DNA of 28,883 nucleotides, taken from a virus (lineage: Duplodnaviria; Caudoviricetes). The stretch spans positions 1-28,883 of the IMG/VR virus record IMGVR_UViG_3300006118_000031, one strand, 5' to 3'. The position numbers and the translations under genes are program-made. Position 1 is the first letter of the stretch; each line of letters begins with the position of its first letter. Shown here one piece after another: positions 16,970 to 26,493 of this stretch. The notes beneath the pieces were generated by a model, which was not told where the DNA came from, made no database searches, and worked only from the letters and a program-made list of their open reading frames with translations.

Positions 16970-16986
16970 AATAACCCTTGTTGATT

Positions 16987-17060
16987 TGGTGGAGAATATC
17001 AGAATCGAACTGATGAATCCGCCTTGCAAAGGCGGCGGTTTTCCACTAGCCTAATTCCCC
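16987..17060 (-). tRNA. tRNA-Ala(UGC), CCA encoded
   Basis: GGGGAAT/ATTCTCC acceptor stem with G3:U70 and A73 (Ala identity); anticodon arm CCGCC-TTTGCAA-GGCGG; T arm ATCAG-TTCGATT-CTGAT; 74 nt. Confidence 0.95.
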
Positions 17061-17070
17061 AACTCTTATT

Positions 17071-17099
17071 AATATATATCCATACATTATATTTGTCAA
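17071..17099 (-). promoter_or_regulatory. sigma70-like promoter of the tRNA
   Basis: TTGACA-N17-TATATT, 10 nt before tRNA position 1. Confidence 0.65.
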
Positions 17100-17113
17100 T
17101 AAAAACTATTTTG

Positions 17114-17842
17114 TTATAGACTCAAGAAACTTTGCGAACGATCTATCCATTCAAGAACTAAATCAGTTTCATTAAAATAATCATTAGCATTTAACACAGA
17201 ATCTAAACAAAAAGGCAAACGGTTTGTTTCTAGCAATTCATACCAACTTTTATAAAGTTTTGGTTCATCTAAAGTTTTATATACAGCAGCACGCAACCAA
17301 CCATTTTCTTTATCATATTGAAAATGTCCGCCACGACAATCAAAACCAGCACTAGCCAGTTGAACAATCAAACTACCCATAGAATAATTGTGATATATTC
17401 CAGAATTGTAAGTGTAGTTGATAGTTTGGCGTTCTGATTTAGAAATGATAGATTTTTTTATTGGAATTTCTACTATCAATAATCCATCTTCACGCAGCAA
17501 ACTATGCCAGTTAAAAAGTGCATCTAGCGGACTACGTAAGTAATGTAGCGTATTATGACACCATATCAAATCCTGTTGTGGTATTTTAACACTATGTGCA
17601 TCATCAAAATTCCAAGTCATACGTCCTTCTGTGCGTATTAGACCTGGTGAATTATCTACTGCCGTGACATTATAATTATAGCGACGACCATATGGATCAC
17701 TAAGAGTTGCAAACCAACAAGCATCAAAACCTAATCCAGCACCCATATCACAAATATTTTCTATACTACTCATATAATCTTCTAAATTTGTAAGATGAGT
17801 GAGTGTAATTAAACTATGATTGTGGCTTTCTTCTGGTGACAT
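17114..17842 (-). CDS. Class I SAM-dependent methyltransferase
   Basis: ICDMGAGLG motif I, VTAVD, DLIWCHNTLHY, LREDGLLIVEIP. Confidence 0.8.
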   Translation of the reverse strand: MSPEESHNHSLITLTHLTNLEDYMSSIENICDMGAGLGFDACWFATLSDPYGRRYNYNVTAVDNSPGLIRTEGRMTWNFDDAHSVKIPQQDLIWCHNTLHYLRSPLDALFNWHSLLREDGLLIVEIPIKKSIISKSERQTINYTYNSGIYHNYSMGSLIVQLASAGFDCRGGHFQYDKENGWLRAAVYKTLDEPKLYKSWYELLETNRLPFCLDSVLNANDYFNETDLVLEWIDRSQSFLSL

Positions 17843-17892
17843 TTTATTGATTTTATCCGTGTTATAGTATATATAATTAATAAGGATTGATA

Positions 17893-18690
17893 ATGAAAAT
17901 TGTTATTACTGGTTCAAATGGTTTTATTGGTAGTTATCTAGTAAAATATTATACAGAATTTGGACACAATATTATACCTCTACATCGTGGTGTCTGTGAT
18001 CTAGAAGATGCACAAAGTGTAAAGAAATTTTTTAATGACAATAGATGTGATGTAGTAATTCATGCTGCTTTATATGGGCGTGAACAAGTTCATAGCGAGG
18101 ATGCGCAATTATATGAACGCAATATTTTAATGTATGAGAATTTGGTAAGTAATCGTGATAGATTCCAAAAGTTTATTAATTTTGGAACTGGAATGGAATA
18201 TGACACACAACGAGATATCAAATATGCTGATGAAGATGATATCTTTTATGTTGAACCTGCTGCTTTTTATGCTCGCGCTAAGAACACTATATCTCGTAGC
18301 ATGGCTAATTATGAAAGTTTTTATAATCTAAGATTGTTTGGAATAGCACATTATAGCGAAGGCAATCGTTTTTTCAATCGTTTGCTAACTGAATCGCAAT
18401 TTACAATTAGCGAAGACCGTGAATACGATTATTTTAATTTAGAAGACTTGCCACAAGTAATAGATTTGGTATTAGATAACAAAATAAAACATAAAGCCAT
18501 TAACTGCGTATATGAACAAAAATATAAACTAAGTGAATTAGCAAAATTATTTTGTGACATTAAAGGTTTAGATTATAACAAAGTTAGCATCACCAATAAT
18601 GGTCAAAAAAATTATACTGGCGATAATGCTAAACTTGCCAGTTATAATTTGCCTCTACTTGGTATAGAATTGGCGATGTTAAGATATTGA
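17893..18690 (+). CDS. NAD-dependent epimerase/dehydratase/reductase (extended SDR)
   Basis: ITGSNGFIG Rossmann motif, DVVIHAA, YARAK (YxxxK); ATG 17893 after AAGGA. Confidence 0.85.
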   Translation: MKIVITGSNGFIGSYLVKYYTEFGHNIIPLHRGVCDLEDAQSVKKFFNDNRCDVVIHAALYGREQVHSEDAQLYERNILMYENLVSNRDRFQKFINFGTGMEYDTQRDIKYADEDDIFYVEPAAFYARAKNTISRSMANYESFYNLRLFGIAHYSEGNRFFNRLLTESQFTISEDREYDYFNLEDLPQVIDLVLDNKIKHKAINCVYEQKYKLSELAKLFCDIKGLDYNKVSITNNGQKNYTGDNAKLASYNLPLLGIELAMLRY

Positions 18691-19293
18691 TGCTTTGAAC
18701 TCATCAAAGGTCATACGTGGAAAGTCAATATGATCAGCAACAAACCATGTTTCAATATGAATTTCAGGTTGTCTATCATAAACATCAGTTACTGCAACTT
18801 TGTAACCACGACTTGTAAGATATTCAGTTCCAAGAATGTTAAAATCTGTATTTGAACAATACAAATCGTGTTCAAAAGTAATGCAATTAAATTTGATTCC
18901 ACTTTCAATAATGCGTTGTAGCGCAGCAAATGTTTGTGGTGCTGGATCAATATCCATGCTTAAGTATCCAATAGTGTTTGGCAACCCATTTTCACCAATA
19001 GCAGATGCATAATCTGTAAGTAGCGCATCTTGCCAATAGATTTTATTTTTTCTTTCGGTGCAATTGTCCCACAAATGCTTATAAGTAGGTAGGTTAAATT
19101 CAATACTAAATCCACGCCAACCATGTACAACTTCTAATTGATATGTATTGCTATTTTGGTCTGGATGTGCGCCACCTACTTCAATATAAGTTTTGTTACC
19201 ACCGTTTGCTCTAAGTGCAAACTCATCTTGAAATGCTTGTGATCTATCTTTGTTAATAATTGGCGCATTAAAAATAGGTTTATCGTAATTCAA
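18679..19293 (-). CDS. FkbM-family methyltransferase
   Basis: SQAFQD, YIEVGG, SNTYQLE..GWRG..IE, YLSMDID, ITFEH. Confidence 0.8.
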   Translation of the reverse strand: MNYDKPIFNAPIINKDRSQAFQDEFALRANGGNKTYIEVGGAHPDQNSNTYQLEVVHGWRGFSIEFNLPTYKHLWDNCTERKNKIYWQDALLTDYASAIGENGLPNTIGYLSMDIDPAPQTFAALQRIIESGIKFNCITFEHDLYCSNTDFNILGTEYLTSRGYKVAVTDVYDRQPEIHIETWFVADHIDFPRMTFDEFKASIS

Positions 19294-19305
19294 CTTGTTT
19301 CTCCA

Positions 19306-20283
19306 TTATTCGCTGTCAAATATAATTTCTGTAAGTCGTTGAATACAGCGTTCACGACTCCAATCATACTGAATTTGTTTTACATAATCTACGCCATTTT
19401 CAATTGTTTCACGCAAACTCATTTCAGGATATGGTTTTTGATATTGTAAAATATGTCTAAAAGTTGGGTTTTGCGATACTGCAATAGGACGACCGCTTGC
19501 TACTGCTTGGTCAGGCGCAGCAGCAATACCTTGTATGTGCCGTTGATAAAGAAACACATTTATAGTATTTTGACTGCACCAATCAATCAATTCATCTGTA
19601 TTATAAAAGTTATGTGTAATTTGAAGTTCTACATTATCACGTGCTGCTGCATGACACTGTTGCAAAACTTGATTTAATAAGTTTTTATTTTGGTCAGCAT
19701 ATGCTGCTTGTGGAAGATTAAAACGTACAATTGATTTTTCAAATTCTGCACTTGCTGCTGCAACAATTAAATCAAATCCTTTATCTACTGTGACATATCC
19801 AAAACAACCTATAATAGGAACTTCTGGAATTATCTTTTTACCTTCAATAATTTTAGTTAACACACGAGGATAGTAATGGTAACGTGGGTCTGCAAAACGT
19901 TTAGTTGGGTCTAAAATTATATAACCATTAAACACATCAGGCACGTTAGCAATTACAGGGTGTTCTTCGTTGCTTACTTCCTCAACCACCATACAATAAT
20001 TTATAGTATTCAACTTATGAAAGTGTGTGCAATCAATTTGTTCTAATTCTTTCATAGTATAAGGATGATAATTCCAAATTATAGTATCATACTTTGGCGG
20101 AGCCATACCATTTTTAAGAACTATGCGACCATTATAAAGTTGATCACGATCAAGATAATCTACTTCAACATAATCCATATGCCAGTTTTCACTATCTTCA
20201 TTTATATCAAAAAAGGTAACGCCTTTTTCATAAATGGAACAATTGGCTTCACGTGTATTAACAAATAAAAATCTATATTTCAT
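19306..20283 (-). CDS. Glycosyltransferase-like protein (GT-B)
   Basis: IGCFGYVTVDKGFD, INVFLY...GIAAAPDQAVASGRPIAVS resemble the GT4 C-terminal domain. Confidence 0.6.
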   Translation of the reverse strand: MKYRFLFVNTREANCSIYEKGVTFFDINEDSENWHMDYVEVDYLDRDQLYNGRIVLKNGMAPPKYDTIIWNYHPYTMKELEQIDCTHFHKLNTINYCMVVEEVSNEEHPVIANVPDVFNGYIILDPTKRFADPRYHYYPRVLTKIIEGKKIIPEVPIIGCFGYVTVDKGFDLIVAAASAEFEKSIVRFNLPQAAYADQNKNLLNQVLQQCHAAARDNVELQITHNFYNTDELIDWCSQNTINVFLYQRHIQGIAAAPDQAVASGRPIAVSQNPTFRHILQYQKPYPEMSLRETIENGVDYVKQIQYDWSRERCIQRLTEIIFDSE

Positions 20284-20284
20284 A

Positions 20285-21202
20285 TTACTTTTCTAAGTGG
20301 TATCCACTTGTTTGTTTATTGTTTTTAATATCATCTATTGCACGTTCAATAGTGCGAACAGCAGGACTTGCAAAAGTGGTGCTACTAAAACGGAAATCTG
20401 CGCCAATATCTAAACCATATGGCAGCGTATCTTCTGGTTTATGACTAAAGTTTACAAATACTTTACTTTTATCAAGTAAGTTTTCTTTAGTATTGGCATA
20501 AGTGAATGGTCCGCTGTTCTTACCAACAATAAGTTTTACTTTGGTTGAAAGTAGTGAAATTTCACAAAGATCACAAGCAGTTACAAACATATCATCAGTA
20601 AAGATAATATTTTTACTTTTAGTTTCAAACTTTTCTGTAGCAACAATTGTATCGTTTTTATGATTGTCAGCAACATACTCGATAATTTTTTGCATATTAT
20701 CCATGCTGCTTTGCTTACTTGCTACTGCGCTGTTGCAGAACAAATACACATTTCCTACTAATTCTTTTTGAATTTCCTTAAGTGGGGTATGATAGTAACT
20801 ATAATCAATTTGTGGCACATAATCCCACACATCATCACTTAATTGTAATTCAACACCGAATTGCTGACGAATGTTATTGTAGCATTCACCGATAATACGA
20901 TGATGGCTAATATAAGATGGATGAGTATTTGCCCATAATCCCATATAACTTCCAACCCAAGTGTTAATTAGTATAGTATCGCTATCGCTACCAAAACGAT
21001 TCCACTGGCTAATACCATTTAGTACTGCATCGTTGTTTTCATCATCTAACTTTTCTGCTAAATCCATCGTAGCACGATTATCTTTTTTATGTGCATAATA
21101 AAAAACAGAATCTGGGAGTTGACGTTTAATATCAGCGACCCATCCTCGTGTAGAGAATAGGTCGCCATAATGCCAGTGGTTGAAAAATATTACGTTCTTC
21201 AT
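20285..21202 (-). CDS. Hypothetical, possibly GT-B (GT9-like) protein
   Basis: N-terminal HYGDLF, C-terminal IVGKNSGPF; inside the sugar cluster. Confidence 0.45.
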   Translation of the reverse strand: MKNVIFFNHWHYGDLFSTRGWVADIKRQLPDSVFYYAHKKDNRATMDLAEKLDDENNDAVLNGISQWNRFGSDSDTILINTWVGSYMGLWANTHPSYISHHRIIGECYNNIRQQFGVELQLSDDVWDYVPQIDYSYYHTPLKEIQKELVGNVYLFCNSAVASKQSSMDNMQKIIEYVADNHKNDTIVATEKFETKSKNIIFTDDMFVTACDLCEISLLSTKVKLIVGKNSGPFTYANTKENLLDKSKVFVNFSHKPEDTLPYGLDIGADFRFSSTTFASPAVRTIERAIDDIKNNKQTSGYHLEK

Positions 21203-21205
21203 TTT

Positions 21206-22426
21206 TTATCCAATAACTTGAAATGTTGGGCAAGGAACAACTAACTTACCACCTTTTGCGATAAAATCGCTTTCACGCTTCACAAACTCATCAATAAAGT
21301 GCCATGGCAGAACAAGTAGATAATCTGGATTTGCTGCTCGCATTTCTTCTTCACTCACAATAGGAATATTTGAACCAACAGTTAATAAACCAAACTTATA
21401 TGGTGAACGTTCGGCAATTGCAGTTACCAAATCTGGTGTAATTTCAAATAATTGTAGTAGTGTATTACCTTTAGTGGAGGCACCATATCCATAAACCTTT
21501 TTGCCTTCTTCTTTGGCTTTATGTAAAAATGCAAGAACTTGAATCTTTAATTCCCATATATTATCACCAAATTCTTTCCAAAGTTTTTCGCTGGTAATAT
21601 CCCATTCCTGTGCTTCATAAGAAAGAGTTGAGTTAATGCGGAATTCACATACGTCACGAACTTGCTGCGTAGCAAAAGTCTTTTCATCGCTATCAGCCTT
21701 TTGGAATGTAACACGGAATGAACCACCATTAGTATCATTAAGTGAACAATCACGCAACACAAAACCTTCACTTTCAAATAACTTCTTAATACTACGTAGA
21801 TCATAGTAATATACATGTTCATGACAAATATTGTCAAAAGCCAACTGCTTTAGCATAAGTGGCGTATAACTCATTTGTAGCACAAATACACCATCATCTG
21901 CAAGTATTTCGTGAGCATCACGAATAAATGGTCGTGGATCATTCAAGTCATAAAACATAGCGATACAAGTAATAACCTTTGCTTTTTTATCGCTATATCC
22001 AAGACTATCATAAGCATCTTTACTAAAAAAATCTTGCACAACTTCTGCAACTTTGCTGCTTTCTTCCAAGTATGAATCATCGGCTGGATCAATACCTAAC
22101 TTAATCATGTTATTAGGAACTTGACGAAGCAATGTTCCGTCATTACAAGCAATATCTAACCAAACATCATCGTCATTAATTTTTACACGGCTAGTAATTT
22201 CAGATACAATTTCACCTAATTGCTTTGTCATGCTTGTATTAATACCACTACGATACCAATACTGTCCATACATCTTATCAAGCGGCGCAACACCGTCGAG
22301 ACGAACTGCACCAATAGTTTCATCAAGATAAAGGTCAAGTGACCATGGTTTTGTTTCACGCATTTCTGCGCCTGGTTTCATAAAATCACTTACATAATGA
22401 TCGCCTAATTCTAATATCTTTTTCAT
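21206..22426 (-). CDS. NDP-sugar C-methyltransferase
   Basis: YWYRSG, LDIACNDGTLL, FDNICHEH, NGGS, YGYGASTKGNTLL, PDYLLVLPWHF: TcaB9/EryBIII-type architecture. Confidence 0.88.
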   Translation of the reverse strand: MKKILELGDHYVSDFMKPGAEMRETKPWSLDLYLDETIGAVRLDGVAPLDKMYGQYWYRSGINTSMTKQLGEIVSEITSRVKINDDDVWLDIACNDGTLLRQVPNNMIKLGIDPADDSYLEESSKVAEVVQDFFSKDAYDSLGYSDKKAKVITCIAMFYDLNDPRPFIRDAHEILADDGVFVLQMSYTPLMLKQLAFDNICHEHVYYYDLRSIKKLFESEGFVLRDCSLNDTNGGSFRVTFQKADSDEKTFATQQVRDVCEFRINSTLSYEAQEWDITSEKLWKEFGDNIWELKIQVLAFLHKAKEEGKKVYGYGASTKGNTLLQLFEITPDLVTAIAERSPYKFGLLTVGSNIPIVSEEEMRAANPDYLLVLPWHFIDEFVKRESDFIAKGGKLVVPCPTFQVIG

Positions 22427-22435
22427 AAAATTTTC

Positions 22436-22822
22436 CTATGTATAACTTTTTTCTTCAACTATTGTGCTGCCACACTTTTCATTTATTGCTTTTTTAATTT
22501 GCGCACGACGAGTATTTGCTGCATATGTTTGCATAGCAATTTTTGCAATATCTAGCGCATGTAGTGCTGTGTAATTATCGCTAGGAAACTTTCTTGCGGC
22601 ATCTTCATTATGCCAAATTACTTCATTTACCTTACGCAATTCTGCCATTTCTTGCACAACATTAACATTTAATTCTGTGGCAAGTTTGTTTAACTCACCT
22701 AATTCGTTACGAACATGAGATAACTTAACCTCATCTTCAAACTCATCTTGTTTGATTTGTAGAATTGTTATTTTATCAACTAATTCACCTACGCTAATAG
22801 GAGCGTGAACTGTTTTTGTCAT
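22436..22822 (-). CDS. DUF6165-like protein
   Basis: PISVGELVDKITILQIK ... N..RAQIKKAIN...S.IVEEKSY. Confidence 0.75.
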   Translation of the reverse strand: MTKTVHAPISVGELVDKITILQIKQDEFEDEVKLSHVRNELGELNKLATELNVNVVQEMAELRKVNEVIWHNEDAARKFPSDNYTALHALDIAKIAMQTYAANTRRAQIKKAINEKCGSTIVEEKSYT

Positions 22823-23841
22823 AGATAAGCCTTTGCAAGTTTGTAATCTACTTCACACATATCGTGAACAAGGTCTTGCAAACTATATTCTGGCTTCCAT
22901 CCAAGAACTTCACGAACCTTGGTAGCATCGCCTTGAATGTTAACAACATCTACTGGACGATAAAATTCTGGATTTACACGAATCATTACATCGCCAGTAA
23001 CGCTATTACGAGCAACCTCATCAATACCGCTGCCTTCCCATAACAATTTAATACCAAAATGGTCAGCAGTTAAGTTACAGAAATCACGAATACTTGCTTG
23101 TATGCCAGTTGCAACAACATAATCATCTGGTGTATCATGCTGCAACATCATCCACATCGCACGAACATAATCTTTTGCATGACCCCAATCACGTAGACTA
23201 TCCATATTACCAAGTTCCAACACTTTTTGCTTACCTAATACCATGTTAGCAAATGCTTTAGTAATCTTACGTGTTACAAACAATTCACCACGACGAGGCG
23301 ACTCATGGTTGAATAGCAGACCATTACAACCAAAAATCTTGTAACTTTCACGATAGTTTACAGTAATCCAATAAGCATAGAGTTTAGCAGCACTGTAAGG
23401 AGAACCAGGATAAAATGGCGTATCTTCTTTTTGTGGATTAAACTTTTGGATGCCAAACATTTCACTAGTAGATGCTTGATAAAATTTAGTATCACTTGTC
23501 ATTTTTAATGAACGAATGCTGTCAAGAATACGCAGTGGTCCTAGTGCATTAATATCACCAGTAAGTTCAGGCATTTCAAAACTTACTTTTACATGGCTTT
23601 GTGCTGCAAGATTGTAAATTTCAGTAGGTTTAATTTTTTCAATTAAATTACGAATACTATTTGCGTCACCTAAGTCACCATGATGAAAACTAATTTTGTC
23701 TTTAATATTTGCAATATTTGGATGGTCAAAATTTGCTTGGCGTCGAATAAGACCATGAACTTCATAACCTTTTTCCAATAACAGTTCTGCAAGATAACTT
23801 CCGTCCTGACCTGCAATACCTGTGATAAGTGCTTTATTCAT
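22819..23841 (-). CDS. gmd: GDP-mannose 4,6-dehydratase
   Basis: ALITGIAGQDGSYLAE, YNLAAQSHV, YQASTSE, SPYSAAK, FNHESPRRG, RDWGHA. Confidence 0.96.
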   Translation of the reverse strand: MNKALITGIAGQDGSYLAELLLEKGYEVHGLIRRQANFDHPNIANIKDKISFHHGDLGDANSIRNLIEKIKPTEIYNLAAQSHVKVSFEMPELTGDINALGPLRILDSIRSLKMTSDTKFYQASTSEMFGIQKFNPQKEDTPFYPGSPYSAAKLYAYWITVNYRESYKIFGCNGLLFNHESPRRGELFVTRKITKAFANMVLGKQKVLELGNMDSLRDWGHAKDYVRAMWMMLQHDTPDDYVVATGIQASIRDFCNLTADHFGIKLLWEGSGIDEVARNSVTGDVMIRVNPEFYRPVDVVNIQGDATKVREVLGWKPEYSLQDLVHDMCEVDYKLAKAYL

Positions 23842-23892
23842 CGATAATTCCTTTGTAAATGTATATATTATTGATTATATGCGGATATAAAT

Positions 23893-24354
23893 TTAAGATA
23901 CGGTAAAATCTTCCATGCCTGCTGTTTTTAACCGAACTAAGTGTCCTAACATAAAGTTTTTACTTTCTAGACCTTTCATTACACCCAACCAACGATTACG
24001 CAATAAAGCAACTTCGTTGATAATAGTTTCATAATCAATTACTTCACCTTCGCCATCAACATATTTTTCAGCATCACGGCTCGTAAGCGCACGAGCATAA
24101 TGCTCAAGATACTTTTGAAAATGTTTGCGGCGTATTTTGCGAAGTTGAATGTTTAGAAAATTCAAAACAGCTTCAATTTCTTGTAGTTGATTAAATCTGT
24201 AAGCAGTAATACCAGGCAACTGACTTAAGTTTTTTTCTACAATACCTTTAACATAGATATCATGTTTGGCTACTTCTAGCTCATTTTCATAATGGTCTAT
24301 GAAATCTGGTATAGAACTGATATCTTGACTTACTTTTGTATACCAACTACTCAT
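23893..24354 (-). CDS. uvsY: Recombination mediator UvsY-like protein
   Basis: Helical 153-aa protein (YLEHY.RALTSRDAEKYVDGE, C-terminal RLKTAG) downstream of uvsX. Confidence 0.7.
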   Translation of the reverse strand: MSSWYTKVSQDISSIPDFIDHYENELEVAKHDIYVKGIVEKNLSQLPGITAYRFNQLQEIEAVLNFLNIQLRKIRRKHFQKYLEHYARALTSRDAEKYVDGEGEVIDYETIINEVALLRNRWLGVMKGLESKNFMLGHLVRLKTAGMEDFTVS

Positions 24355-24575
24355 TCTTCATCGCTGTCTTCGTCACTATCTTCTACATCAAGATGTTCTG
24401 CTATAGCTGCTCTCATGGCACTATCCACGGCTAGTTCTTGTAAATCGTTGTCAGTTATACCAAGATCAACCAATTCATTAATTGCATGGTCGGCTGCAAT
24501 TTGACGATCTTTTGCTGGAATATATTCTTTAACAGTTTGCCAAAATTGCACAAGTAATTCGCTTGTATCACTCAT
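24351..24575 (-). CDS. Small acidic hypothetical protein
   Basis: 74 aa overlapping both uvsX and uvsY; acidic tail. Confidence 0.7.
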   Translation of the reverse strand: MSDTSELLVQFWQTVKEYIPAKDRQIAADHAINELVDLGITDNDLQELAVDSAMRAAIAEHLDVEDSDEDSDEE

Positions 24576-25617
24576 CTTCTACTTCTTCCTTTTTAGATAC
24601 AAGAGTATGTTTTTTATACTCTTCCATAATTATATCAAGTTGTTCGTTTGTAAAATTCTTTCTAAACTCCTTGATAATTTCTCCTGTTACAGGACTTGTA
24701 TATGTGAGACGATTGCCTTCTTTAACAAGAATACCTTCATCTTCAAACATATCAATAAGTCCGCTATATGGGTCCATACCAGTTTCATATGGAATTTTAA
24801 CTTGAACGCCTTCAAATGGTTTAGAATAGCGTGTCTTCATAACTTTACACGCAGCACGAATACCATTTACTTCCGAGGTCTTGTTGCCATCTTCATCTTC
24901 CTTTAATTTTAACTTACGCATCGCTACTACAATAGAAGATGCATAGATAAATCCTTGACCACCACTAATCTTATCGTCGGGGTCAAACATGTCTTGTGAA
25001 GCATAGGTATGATTAGTTGCGACCATGCCAACATTATAACTGCCAAACATATTCACACAGTTACGAACAAGTGCGGTAAGTGCTTTTGGTTTACGACCCA
25101 TATCACCTTTTAAGTCGCCGCTTTCAAATTGATTAACATCAGTCGGTGTAAGTAACATACCAAGACTATCAACTACAAACAAAACCTTTGGGCGTTCGTT
25201 TTCTGGCATAGCCTTGATCATTTCCATCGAATTATTGATAAACTTGGCAACATCATCAATCATCGCCATATTAACTTTCATAAGTTTATCTTCGCCAGTA
25301 TCAACGCCGAGTGCTTTAAGCCAATCTTCATCAAGTGCATTTTCACTATCAATTAAGAATACATAAATGCCTTGCTGTTGAGCGTTGCGCACAATATTGC
25401 CGCTACAAATATAACTTTTACCAGCACCGCTTTCACCAGCAAAAACCGTTACTTTACCAAGTGGAATACCTTTTTTGAAATCACCGCTAATACGATAATT
25501 TAAAGTATAGTTTCCTGTTGAAATCCAATCAGTTGGGTCATTATACCCAATACTCATACCTGGTATTGCCTTAGTCAAATCCTTACGAAATTTTGATATG
25601 TCAAATGGTTTAGCCAT
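24568..25617 (-). CDS. uvsX: RecA/UvsX recombinase
   Basis: ISTGN, FAGESGAGKS, IDSENAL, VVDSLG, TNHTY, SGGQG, KTRY. Confidence 0.93.
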   Translation of the reverse strand: MAKPFDISKFRKDLTKAIPGMSIGYNDPTDWISTGNYTLNYRISGDFKKGIPLGKVTVFAGESGAGKSYICSGNIVRNAQQQGIYVFLIDSENALDEDWLKALGVDTGEDKLMKVNMAMIDDVAKFINNSMEMIKAMPENERPKVLFVVDSLGMLLTPTDVNQFESGDLKGDMGRKPKALTALVRNCVNMFGSYNVGMVATNHTYASQDMFDPDDKISGGQGFIYASSIVVAMRKLKLKEDEDGNKTSEVNGIRAACKVMKTRYSKPFEGVQVKIPYETGMDPYSGLIDMFEDEGILVKEGNRLTYTSPVTGEIIKEFRKNFTNEQLDIIMEEYKKHTLVSKKEEVEDE

Positions 25618-25639
25618 AATTTTTTCCCTAACTTTAATT

Positions 25640-25668
25640 ATTATACACTATGTTTTTTCATTAATCAA
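25640..25668 (-). promoter_or_regulatory. sigma70-like promoter of the uvsX operon
   Basis: TTGATT-N17-TATAAT, short leader with AGGGA. Confidence 0.55.
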
Positions 25669-26443
25669 TAAACTTTAGTTGATTATTGATATCTGAGAAA
25701 TTTCTTATAAACAACTCACGGTAATTTGTTAAATTATCTTCTAAATTCACAAAATTTGCTAAATTGATTCTAATGCCAGTAGGATAAAGTTTATTTGCAG
25801 TACACCAATCTGTATATTCTTTGCTTGGATTTAAAGTTTGTGGTCTAAAAAGGTTTATATTCAAATTGCCATGAATTTCAACAAAATCATTATGATCAAT
25901 ATTTTTAAAACTTCTATCGTAGTTATGCCACTTATTATATGTATATCTACCTAAATTTGTATAATTTACAAAAATATTTGATGTATTAAAACTAATAATA
26001 CTATCACCAAATTTATTTGTAATAGGTGCATATACTTTATTATCAACAGTAATACTAAAGGATTCCTCTAATTGATGAATTTTTGTATTGATATCTTTTA
26101 TATGAAACTCTGCATTACTTTGTTTTTTTTCAAGTAACTTTCCTATATTTGGATATTTTGCAAATAACATTACCCATTTTTCATGTATTAGGTTAAGATC
26201 ATTTTGATCTAGCGAAGCCGATAGATTTAAGTCTGTAATGTTAAAGAAATTGATTAATAAATCATTTGTTTTTGCTAAATTATCGTGTAATTCTGAAAGT
26301 AAGTTTTTACTTTCAACTTTGGTTAAATTATAAAAATTATTAAGATTATTTGTTTCCCAAGTGCTAACTAAAAAGTTCATTAAATCATGGTTAAGAACTT
26401 CTAATTCTATAAAATCACCTGTTTTGAGCCACACGATTTTCAT
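25661..26443 (-). CDS. Hypothetical protein (very AT-rich, Asn-rich)
   Basis: 260-aa ORF with SD GGAG; LNLIHEKW, INTKIHQLE, YTNLGR motifs. Confidence 0.65.
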   Translation of the reverse strand: MKIVWLKTGDFIELEVLNHDLMNFLVSTWETNNLNNFYNLTKVESKNLLSELHDNLAKTNDLLINFFNITDLNLSASLDQNDLNLIHEKWVMLFAKYPNIGKLLEKKQSNAEFHIKDINTKIHQLEESFSITVDNKVYAPITNKFGDSIISFNTSNIFVNYTNLGRYTYNKWHNYDRSFKNIDHNDFVEIHGNLNINLFRPQTLNPSKEYTDWCTANKLYPTGIRINLANFVNLEDNLTNYRELFIRNFSDINNQLKFID

Positions 26444-26456
26444 AATTACTCCAATG

Positions 26457-26485
26457 AAAAAGTGAGCGGTTTTACCCGCTCACTT
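26457..26485 (-). terminator. Rho-independent terminator after gp32
   Basis: 10-bp stem AAGTGAGCGG/CCGCTCACTT, 6-nt loop, followed by a T-run on the minus strand, 8 nt after the gp32 stop. Confidence 0.85.
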
Positions 26486-26493
26486 AGATATCA

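Noticed and set aside
16970-17029. N-terminal extension of the 16253..17029 ORF
   Set aside because: Overlaps the tRNA-Ala gene; the ATG at 16969 is the plausible start
17020-17035. Reading the tRNA as Cys (GCA)
   Set aside because: The 7-nt loop TTTGCAA centres on TGC, and G3:U70 with A73 specify Ala
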